A model generated the notes under the pieces. That model did not search any database. It had not been told where the DNA came from and saw only the letters and a program-made list of their open reading frames with translations. Shown here piece after piece: positions 37,677 to 49,109 of a stretch of DNA of 64,000 nucleotides; position 1 is the first letter of the stretch; each line of letters starts with the position of its first letter. The stretch lies in contig NW_020844463.1 of NCBI RefSeq assembly GCF_003704095.1, positions 62,001 through 126,000 of the forward strand. The letters run 5' to 3'. Origin of the DNA: Pocillopora damicornis. Taxonomy: Eukaryota. A program made the position numbers and the translations under genes.

Positions 37677-40600
37677 TCGAAAGACAATTTTGCCTCATAT
37701 TTTGGATAGCCATTCAGCTCCAAACTCCAAACTAATTCGGTTTTGAGGTATGTCTTGGTTACATGACGCAATTTTTGCCGTTTTGCTTTTTAATTGGGTG
37801 CATCATGTAAACCTGTTTTCACCATCCTTCCACCCCTTTAAGAGCGTCTTCAGGACTATTTTGTGAATGACAACAAATACCGGCAATAGTTAGAATAACT
37901 GTCGATGCGAAGGTTCAAACCAAAGTTCTTTAAAGGAGAGAGGATTTAATGAAGTAGAAAAATTATCACAAAGCTTCCACTCGGCTAGGAATGCTCATCT
38001 TTTCCAAGACCTTCATCATCTTATTTTACTAGTGTAAGGCAGCTCGCATGAAATTAAATGTGTACCATTACTTTCATTGTGCGAGAGATCAAATGCTGTC
38101 TTACCTTTGGAAATGTTTTTCCCTCCCTGAAATACCTAGATCTCGAAAATGAACGGGAATGTTTTTGCTTTAGTTTTCTTTTTGAACTTGCTCGGCAGTC
38201 TCAGACTGCGCTAATAAGGTTGAAAATTCGTAGAGGGAGACGCACCGACAGATGATGTTTGTCAAATGAGGTTTACATCCACCCATGGACGTTTAATAGC
38301 TTATCGTAAGGACGTACCTCCTGAGGTTCTGTTTTCACCGTAATTTATATATCTGTTATGTCCCAGAATGATCACTATATTACTACGGGTTGCTACTGTT
38401 TTGAATGAGGTCGGTTTTTTTAATTCAAATACACTTCAACATTTACTTTGATGTTCGAAGAGACATAGTTGCCTCTGAAATATTAATTTTACACCCAGTT
38501 TGAGCTGTAAGTATTTTTTTACACCTTTTTCAAAGCAGCTTTGCTACTCTCTGAGAGCCTTACGATCTTTTTTTATACATGTATACAGATCAATGCTTTT
38601 ATTGTTTAGAGATGTGCAGATTAGCAGGTGTTAAACTTGAAAAAACACCAGCAAATGAGTTAAACCCCGTAGTGGTGATTATATCTCTGAAATTGAAACT
38701 TTAACATTTGATGGAAGAGCGAAATAGTTAACATAATTTGAGTGCTTTTCCTCACTGTATTGACCAGGGATTTGACAGGATTTCTCAGTAAGTTCTCAAA
38801 AGGAGATTTAAAGCGTAACTAGCGATAATACATGACAGAACAAAACGATAGAAATGATAACAACAATAGTAATAATAATTATAATTTCAAGACGTCCAAG
38901 AGATAACTGAATATCCCGCATGGAATTTAATTACAAGAGATACCTGGATGGAGCGCCTTTTCTGCAAGTGGTATTGTAAATGCAATGAAACTCAGGGCTC
39001 GACATAACTGTGCACAATTCCATTGAGTAATTCATCCTCCCCCCTTTAAAAAAAAATTAAAAAAAAAGTTCAATTGATCAAGAAATTATTGAGGAACTTT
39101 GTAGACTTGCGTCTTCGGAGTGATAACAATCTTCATTTCCCATTTCAAGAAAAAATATTATAATAACCCCCGTCAATTGGTGCACCTCTATAATAATAGT
39201 TGAATTTACGGAGAAGTGCGAGGGATATTTTTAGGTAAGTGAAACTCTTTAGAATGTATTTACATAACTATTTATGGAAAGCGCTGAGACTGTAAATTCA
39301 TGAATTTTGGAAAACTCCGCTTCCCTGTCCTTCGATCAGTTACTTTCGGGGGTGAGTAATTTAAGTAGGTAATTGTGATAACGTTAACCCGATCAAGGGA
39401 TTGTGGAGGAGCATTCTACACTGGCGTCTTCGTTGTGTCCACAATCATGATTTCCCCATCCATCATGATTGCACTCGTCGATGCGTAACTCATATCCTGA
39501 GCAGTCCAAATTATCAATCCATATCTGACCAGACCCTTGACCATGCGTGGCGCTATAAAAGGCTTGAGTGGCTGAAGGGAAGCCAAGCTGTCTGCAAATC
39601 ACATGAGCGTCGTTGATGTCCCAGCCGTCTTCACAGATTGTTCCCCACTGGCCGCTATGGTAAACTTCTACCCTCCCAATTAGTGTCGTGTTTCCTCCAA
39701 CAAGGCGAATTGTGTTATAAGCTGTATGGAATAAAATTAAGAAACCACTATTATCAATAGACTTTTGCCGTTATTTTTTCCACTATCGTAATTCAGATTA
39801 TCTTAAAGAACAATGATTTCACAGGTGCACCATGATCAACAACTATTTACTGAAGTGGAGGTGACCTGTGGTAAATATTTCACTTTGATGAACAACAGTG
39901 TTAGTGAATACTAAAACAGTAAGATGATATAGCACAAAAGGATGATTTTAACTCATAATGATTACAAAGTTTTCGGCCGCAAATCCCGCGCGCGTTAGTC
40001 AGTGAAATACAAGGATATTCAGACTTCAAGTAGCTATAAGAACTCACCTTCAACTCTATCCCCTGTTTTAGTATATACGAATATATCATTGTCATGGTTT
40101 GCTGTTCACCTTTTCATTCAGACCTCAGTTATATCACCAGTGTTCTTCGTTTGTAAAAAAATTATTTCTCTATCCATTTTCTATCTTTTCACTGCTTCTA
40201 GAGAGCATGCCTATACCAATTTTTCTGTGGTTAAATTTAGTTTTCTCTCTTGAACTATAATCAAACATTTACATCGAAGTTTTATTAAAGTAACTCCTTT
40301 GGTTGTTTATCTGCCCTGAATTTTATTAAAGAGATGCAGCTCCAGTTATTCGGCATTAGCACCTTTGATGTTGCAAACCTGTAAATGTTTATATCCCTAA
40401 TGTGATTTGCTTATGGTTGAAAGCCACCTAGTTATCTAGTGAACCAAGTTGAGCGGAAAATTAGGATAGAAGGACAGTTTACACTTATTCATCAAATCTG
40501 AGGTGGCTGGTGGTGGATATTACCAAGCCTTGCGGCTGCGAGTTAAATACCCACCCACCGACATTGAGGAGAATAGTTGTTTAATATATATAATAAAACA

Positions 40601-41705
40601 GTGAGATAATGTAGCGTTAAAAGATTATTTTAATTCATTTACTCCTGCAACGATTACAATTTTTTCGAGTGCAAATCCGACGCGAGTTGCTCGGGGGTGA
40701 ATAACAAAGGATATTCGGAGTTTGGGTAGCCAATCAGAGCCCGCCTTCATAGCTATCCACTGTTTTAGTATATGCTAATTACTCTGAATTCTTTTTTTTT
40801 TCCATTTACTTTTGCAGTAATAACGAGAGTACAAGAATTCTGACAATTATACAAAGAAACCTTACCGTGGTAACTTGCCGCAAACCCAGAACTTGAAACT
40901 GTTTTGTCACTACTAAAGGTGACGTAAAGCTGTTTGGATGAGCTTGTGATGACCGCTGGTAAGGAGTTTCCGTGGTATTTGCCAATTAAAGAGGACATCA
41001 TAGATGCGCCATCGTACACGTAGATATAGTCGTAATTTTCTTCAGTATCGAATTTGAAAAATATTAGTTCCACATTATTACTAGAAGATATACTCCAACT
41101 GCAATTCACGTCATTAGCGTAGGCACCATCTCTGTTTGAAAATAACATTCCACTTGAACTTGACCGAACGGTCAACATGTCTGCACATGAACTCGAAACA
41201 GTCGCAAATGGCTGGCCAGATACTGAAAGAGGCGATAAAACAACGTAAATAAGGAAAACAATAAAAAAAAAACCACGTTACCAAAAATGTTAAACAAAAA
41301 GAACAAAATACAAAAACGTTTCTTTAGAAGTTCTTTTCAACCATTTTATTGAAGAAAACGTTGTACGCTCGACTTTGCATATAACATACGGAATTTTATT
41401 TGTAGTAATGGACAACTCTTGAGCCGCTCTTATCATACCCGTACTATAAATGCGAGCTAATTTGGCTGTACAAGGAGATGGAAATTATAATTAATAATCT
41501 TATGGTAAAATTAATGATGGATTGCTCATCCGCATAATCTGAGTCAGTGTAAGAACTTGTTTGGTGCGGATGAGTGCAGCAAGGCCAAGCTCAAGATGAA
41601 AACATAAGCCATGGTCCTGAATTTCGGACGTCCCGAGCAGCCTTAGCAAATTTTGAAAGGCTGATTCTCCATGAGCTACCTTTTATGGAAACGTGTTGAT
41701 ACTTA
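37677..41705. repeat. About 4-kb segmental duplication, copy 2 (direct copy at 26421-30219)
   Basis: Colinear with 26421-30219 and starts exactly at the edge of a 100-N gap. Confidence 0.9.
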
Positions 41706-44700
41706 CTATGATAGTTCGCTAAGAACCTTGATTTTACAACTGAGCCGTCAGTTGTGAAAGTAACAGAGAGCTCGTGAGAAGAGGTTGTAATGCTTGCAGG
41801 CAGAGAGTCTCCATCATACTCGCCGATCAGTGTGGAAGATGTTAGGCCATCGAACACCTTAACAAAGTCACAACCAGACTCAGTTTGGAATCTTATAAAT
41901 GCAAGTTCCAGTTTTGCATTTGAAGAAATAGTCCAGTTGCAATTCATGTCGTTCGAGTATTTCTGCTGCATGTTAGAAAATATTATACCACTTGCATATG
42001 ATTCCACAGTCAGAAGGTTTGGACATAAACTTATGGCCCTCACAAAGGACTGGCCATGCACTGATGAATAACAAAAATATGTTAAAGTTACAAGATAGAT
42101 AGGCAAAACACAAACGATTGACAACCAAGCATTCCCACTTTCTAAAGGAAGAAAAAAAACAACTAATACTCACTATGGTAGTTTGCTAAGAACCCAGGGT
42201 TTGTAACTGAACCGTCAGATGTGAAAGACATAAAGAGCTCGTGAGAGGAGCTTGTAATGAGTGTAGGCAGAGAGTCTCCATCATACTCGCCGATCAGTNN
42301 NNNNNNNNNNNNNNNNNNNNNNNNNNNNNNNNNNNNNNNNNNNNNNNNNNNNNNNNNNNNNNNNNNNNNNNNNNNNNNNNNNNNNNNNNNNNNNNNNNNN
42401 NNNNNNNNNNNNNNNNNNNNNNNNNNNNNNNNNNNNNNNNNNNNNNNNNNNNNNNNNNNNNNNNNNNNNNNNNNNNNNNNNNNNNNNNNNNNNNNNNNNN
42501 NNNNNNNNNNNNNNNNNNNNNNNNNNNNNNNNNNNNNNNNNNNNNNNNNNNNNNNNNNNNNNNNNNNNNNNNNNNNNNNNNNNNNNNNNNNNNNNNNNNN
42601 NNNNNNNNNNNNNNNNNNNNNNNNNNNNNNNNNNNNNNNNNNNNNNNNNNNNNNNNNNNNNNNNNNNNNNNNNNNNNNNNNNNNNNNNNNNNNNNNNNNN
42701 NNNNNNNNNNNNNNNNNNNNNNNNNNNNNNNGCAAGAGCCTACTAGCAGCAAAAACGCTTGTAATCTTCTCCGTCTTTCGAACGAACTGTGACGTAAACT
42801 CCAAGTTCGTCCTTTTAAAATTACCGTTAATTTTGCTTTTTGGGTGTTTTTGTTCTCTGTACTCTTCTTAAATTTTCTAAATTTGAAAGTTATTAGTTTC
42901 CCCAAACCTGTCTGCCATTTTGCTTTTTTGTGCTCTCGCGACTTTTCTGCAATTCAATTAACTTTGAATTGAACCCCTCTGAACTTAAGACTGTAACAGA
43001 TAAATTGACGTGGTCGTAGCCAATGAGCATGCGGCTGATGTTTTTTTAATAAATATTACTTATCTTTGAATTAGGTGCTCCTACCTGAACACATGTTTTT
43101 TCCATCTCCTTCATATCCTGGTTTGCACATACAATCATACGAGCCAATCACATTTACACAGTTAGCAATCTCGTGACAGTGATAGGACCCCTTTTGACAC
43201 TCATCCACATCTGTAGACGTATGAAATGTATCCCAGTAGTTATAAAGAGAAAGACAAAATATCATGATTATTTGTTCCTCGAGAGATTAGAATATGAATA
43301 AAGCATTTCGTTTCCTCATTCTGCACGTATATTCTGCGTGATAGGTTGTCAATGATTTCTCTGGGGATTTTGTTTTAAATTGTGTCCGATGATTTCGTAC
43401 AATTGATCAAATTTTGCATCAAAGCCCCATGCAGGCGAATGATATCACCAAGGACATTAGATTTGGATTGATATTAGTACACTTCTTGACGAAGCGACAC
43501 AATAACGAAGCTAAGATACTTCAATGTAATCTCACTCATTATCACTTTAATTTTACGTGGGAGATTTAAGTTCATTCATGGTTCCCCTCCCTCAACCATG
43601 GTCACTTTAGTGGTATTAAATGATAATACGAAATCTTACATGAGATATCTTTAAATCAAAATTAACGAGGCACAAAAAAACCAACTAAGATGTTTCACAA
43701 ACCTAAACACTTTGTGTCGCCGTCCCCGGTGTATCCAGGTAGACATGTGCAATCATAGGAACCTTGTGAATTCACACACTGGCCTTGAGCATGACAGGAA
43801 AATGAACCATCTTGACACTCGTCCACATCTGATAAAAAAACACAGAGCGCTTTGGAAAAGGTTAAATAAAAAAAGAGGTACAGAATTCTACAGTTTCTCT
43901 CTTAATGATGAAGACTACACATATCTTCATAAGAATTAAAGGCGACAGCAATTTTGGATGCAGAGACTGGCGTAAGGTGATTGTATCCATTTAATAAAAT
44001 GCAATTCTTGCAAGCATCTTTTTCTTCGTCAGTGACAACAGATGTTACAATGTAGATTGAGACATTATGGCAAAAAGAGCCCTAAGGAAATTTGTATGGT
44101 CATCGTTAATGCATAAGATTGCCATAAACATTAATGTATATAAACTCCTTAATATCGAAAAAAAAAATGTACATGTTTGTTGACCTCTAATCACTATCAC
44201 ATTCAAAAGAGGTGAATTGCTATTTCATTTGCTATGCATCGTTATCTACTATTTCCATAATAATAAATGTCGTCATTATCATTTTCCAATGTCATTATCA
44301 TGTTGGTACCTGAGCAAACCTGCTGACCATCTCCCCCATATCCAGATAAACACGTACAGTTATAAGAGCCATTCACATTGACGCACTGTGCTTGTGCGTG
44401 GCATGAATGTAAGCCCGCCTGACACTCGTCCACATCTGTTAATGAACATGTTATTCTTCACATATATAAAAGAAGAGATTGCTTCTAGACATAACTTTTG
44501 CAATAGGTGCCTCGATAGTTGTTTTCGTTATTTTAAATACGTTCCTAACATCTTGGACGAAATTTCTGAGACTTGAAAATTAAAGAATTATCTTCCACGA
44601 ACTTGCCATAAATCGAGAGGGGTCTAAAACTTTTGTAGTATAGCAGTCACGTTGAGATGATAGATGAGTAAACAGGTCTGCTTTCATCATCGCTTTCTCT

Positions 44701-46840
44701 TAAGTAGGAAAGGCTATAAATTACCCGAGCAAGCATGTTGACCGTCTCCTGTATAGCCTGGAAGACATCTGCAATCATACGAGCCCATTACATTGATACA
44801 CTGGCCTTGTGCATGACAAGAAAAAGAACCGGAATGACATTCGTCGACATCTGTTGAAAAAGCAATTGTTTTCCATGGCGAAACATAACATACTTCGTAC
44901 AAAAACAGAATTGCATGTGTATAGTGTGTTTTAAGTTATATCTCTGCTGTAGAATCCTGACTTAAATTGCAGCATGTGCTTCGTGCAGATCTAAAAAAAA
45001 TCGTATTTCTTACAATAAACCGCTAGCCCGGCTGGAAACAGAGTCTATTCTCTCATCATCAAAATGCTTTTATTTGATCTTTCTTCAGGGCATCGTGAAT
45101 AATCGACCTAAGAATGCACGAGGTAATATCCCAGAATCTTGGGTTTTATCAGTGTCTAATGTCCCTTCCTAATCAAACTGTCTCCTACCAATGCAGGTTC
45201 TACCATCCCCGGTGTATCCGCTTTGACAGAGACAGAGAAAAGACCCAGCGGTATTTTGACAAGATGCCAATGGATCACAGGCTACAACTGAAGCACTGCA
45301 TTCGTCGTAATCTAAAGGAAGGAAAATAGCGAAACAGCCATTAACAGGAGAATGCAAGGCGGTAATTTTATATCCGTTAATGAGGAAATTCTTTTAAACG
45401 GCTGATGATAGAAATGTGCTCTACTATGTTTTCTTATCACTCCTTAGGAGTGTTTTACATTTAAAAGGGGGTGAAAATACAACTCTTTCAATCCTTAAGG
45501 TTAAAGAGTGCCAGTTTCTTAATGCTATCTTCTTTCTCACCAGAGCAAGTTTTTCCATTTCCAAAGAACCCAGATTTGCATGAGCACAGATATGATCCAA
45601 TGATGTTCTCGCATTTGGCATGGACGTCACAGACTGGACCAAGAGCACTGCACTCATTTATGTCTACAATAACGAAAAATAGAAACAAAAAAAATTTAAA
45701 AATTTCATTAAAACAAGTACGATTCCATATATTTATACGTACATTAATGATTCACCAGAAACCTGTCCATATCTTTTCACTTAGCTTAGTGATCAAAAAT
45801 GGAAATCTGGGAAAGGAGAAGAAAATGGAAAAAAATCATAGACGGGTGAGAAAAATGGGAAAACTCTAAAGGATTAAAACTACAAGGAGCTCTTTCCTTA
45901 CCAGTGCAAGTATTTCCATTCCTATTAAAGCCAGCTTTGCACGAGCAAACATAAGAACCACGTGTGTTCTGACAGTCGGCGTTTACATCACAAGGTTTGA
46001 CTTGGCTCTTACATTCGTCGATATCTTAAAAAGTGGGAAAAATGCATTATTTCAAGCGAAAGCATCGATGAATATATTTATTGTTGGCCACTATCATCCC
46101 ATTAAGCAATTTTGTGGCTCTAAGTTAATTAACGGTACCCATTTATGCGTTCCATAAGTACTAACCATTGCAATATCTCCCGCCAAACCCAGCTTCACAA
46201 GAGCAACTAAAAGAGCCAACAGTGTTCTGACAGCCAGTTGCATTGGTAGCACAAACGGGTTTGGACGCGCTACACTCGTCGATATCTGCCAAAGAAACCG
46301 AGAAAAAGAAATAATAGCAACAAATATAATTGCGAAACAGCCTTAATTTAGCAAAGGGTGAAATAAACAAGACTGATTTCTGGACGTCTACATTTGGAAT
46401 TGAATTCCAATATAGGCCATTTAATTTTCCCCTAAAAGTCTTTTTTCACATGCAAACTGAGCTTCACGACCTTCACCATCACAACCCTTCCTTTAAATAA
46501 GGCTCCATAGAGATATCTTTGAAATAACACTTTTATCCCATCGACATAATGAATAACTAGAATTAATTTTGAAAAATATTCCATATCTTTGTCTCATCTT
46601 AAGACCCTATCATACATTGCTTAATTGTAACAAAACTATTATCATCTGTCTCCTTAGCCAGACAGAAAAAAGTCATGAGGTGTAGATTACCTTCCGTCTC
46701 CATGTTACACTCGGCCTGAATAACTTCTCCAGGTAATAAAGAATCGAACCAATATTTGCCACTGGTGGCACGTTCTCCATCACTCGCTTTGATTTCTTTA
46801 CAAGTTTCAGCGGGCAGCTCAGCGACTGAACCGATGAGAG
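39393..46840 (-). CDS. COLFI-N-like minidomain + 8 cbEGF + 3 CUB + SRCR protein (cluster gene D, 5'-partial)
   Basis: Phase-1 exons: 46840-46691; EGF 46285-46166, 46024-45902, 45663-45541, 45311-45189, 44850-44725, 44435-44310, 43828-43703, 43210-43085; CUB (gap)42298-42174, 42060-41707, 41222-40866; SRCR 39721-39393 ending [10 protein letters not shown]. The signal peptide/PAN exon is presumably in or beyond gap 46969-47068. Confidence 0.88.
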
Positions 46841-48166
46841 CTAAGAATAATCCAAATGAGTTTTTTTAGTTTTCGTTTAGGAAGCATGAACCATAAACTA
46901 GAAAACCAACATTGATTAATGAAGGCGTGAATGATGACAGTGCCCAAGGTTTGCCTATTGTTTCTTTGNNNNNNNNNNNNNNNNNNNNNNNNNNNNNNNN
47001 NNNNNNNNNNNNNNNNNNNNNNNNNNNNNNNNNNNNNNNNNNNNNNNNNNNNNNNNNNNNNNNNNNNNAGCGGCTAAAGCGGGAAAGTGCTGTAGGGGAG
47101 AAATAGGAGACGTAGTCGATTGTTTTCTCTACTTACAGCTGCTTCCTTAGTGCTTTAAAACAAAAGAGAGCACAGTCCAGGCTTTTTTGCTTGTTTTATA
47201 AAAAAACATTATTTTTCCATTCGTTTACACACAATTTCCAAAACAAACCATATTTCCAATTGAATAGAGATGACATGAGCGTGCATCTGTACTCTCATAA
47301 AGTAATCTACAATATAGATTTGTAAAAATGTGTGACAGAGATGCCAGCTTGGATATGTATTAAATTATTGTTGTTGTTTTTTAATGTGTTATTTTTAAAC
47401 ACAGAACTATACTAAACAAGTGGTAGCTGTTTCTGAGTTTTAAACTACCGCACTAACCGTTCTTTCTCATTCAGCTTGGACTTGGACAACTTGGACATTT
47501 CGTTTATTGATTTCTCTGGTGTTTTTTGTTCCTGCTGTCGGGGATAATAATTTTGTTATTTCGGCACTTGAAACGTTTTTATAACTCTCTTTGGTTCTTA
47601 TCTTGCTAGGCAACAGCTCGACCTTTTCATCAGTTCCTTGTTCCGAAATTTCACCTTCTATCCCTGTGTAATCTGTGTTGTTACCTACAGGTTGTTCTGT
47701 AACAGTTCAAGCTGAGAGGTCATTTAGATATTCCTTTTCTAAATCATATCAGCTGTCTGAGTCAAAAACCACAACAATGTATATAAAAAATACAATAAAA
47801 GAATAAAAATAATAAGCAAACAAACAAAAACGAAAAACCAAGAAAGAGAAATCCGAAAATTGATCGGCCTTAAAAAGGGTGACGACAGCGTGATACCAAT
47901 TATTTGCGCGTCTGTATTCTGATAACGCATGTTGTTTCAGCTATATATATATATTGATATACCACCGAAAATGCAATAAAGCACGTACAAAATAAAGAAA
48001 GTCGTTTCAAGGCCATTAAAATGACTTGTGTGGATCTTGAATAAGAAAGAGAGATTAAAGCCGGTATGTCCCATTTCAACCGAGTCTGTAGGTGACTATG
48101 CGAGTGAATTCGCTTTTTCTTTCCCTCTGTGACCCCACTACGTTTTATCTTCCTTTTGTTTTTCAG

Positions 48167-48523
48167 TCTCAGGGAAGCTATTTGCCACAGCCTCAAGTTC
48201 ATGTGCAAACGTTTTGACTGTTCGGTCCAGTACAAGTGGAATGATATATTCAAACAGAGATGGTTCCCACTCCGACAATATGTACTGCAGTTGGAGCATA
48301 TTTTCTAATACCAACCTGGAACTGGTATTTTTCAGACTCGATACCGAAAGCAGTTTCGATTCTGTCTACGTGTACGATGGTGGATCCTCGTCCTCACCTT
48401 TGATCGGGAAATATCATGGAAATTCTTCGCCTGCAGCCATTACAAGCTCATCCAATCAGCTTTTTGTCATCTTCACCAGCGATGGCTCAATTGTAAGGTC
48501 TGGATTTGCAGCAAGCTACCACG
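48167..48523 (+). CDS. CUB domain exon of a + strand cluster gene (partial)
   Basis: 357-nt phase-1/1 exon, TTTTCAG acceptor, GTAAGG donor. It encodes SGKLFATASSSCANVLTVRSSTSGMIYSNRDG..CSWSIFS..FDSVYVYDG..FTSDG..GFAASYH and is a close paralog of the CUBs at 29.5 and 41 kb. Confidence 0.85.
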
Positions 48524-49109
48524 GTAAGGAATATCTTCATTCCTGTTGACCTTAAGAAATTACTGCCATCTGGAAAAAAGGGAAACTTTAAAAAAAAAAA
48601 AGATTAAGGAGACGATTGCAGTATCAATAGCCCTTTAGTAAGTAGTAGTAAGCCACTGTTCGCGCTTTAATACAAACTTGAATGTCTAGCGCGGAAACGG
48701 CGAAGGTCTTTAATGCATAATTGCTCGTGTATATGTTTAAAAAGGCCATGAAATGTGATTTGATGTTCTTTAGAGACATCAGTTAGACTCAATGATTACC
48801 ACAGATGCACCATCGAGGTATCTAAAAGCTCAATACTAAATTCCGTGTGTTGTTACTCTTAGTATTATCATACATTTTTCGGGTTACTCAAACGATGCCT
48901 TAAGAGCAATGGTCAGTAACTTTCGAACTTTTTAAAAAGATCACGGCCACTTAACCTCACCGATCTGGCTGAAATCTGGTACGAAGGCTAATTTTAGGGT
49001 CCTAACCACNNNNNNNNNNNNNNNNNNNNNNNNNNNNNNNNNNNNNNNNNNNNNNNNNNNNNNNNNNNNNNNNNNNNNNNNNNNNNNNNNNNNNNNNNNN
49101 NNNNNNNNN

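Noticed and set aside
35510-47106. Long X-containing ORFs in the track
   Set aside because: Artefacts of translating through N gaps.
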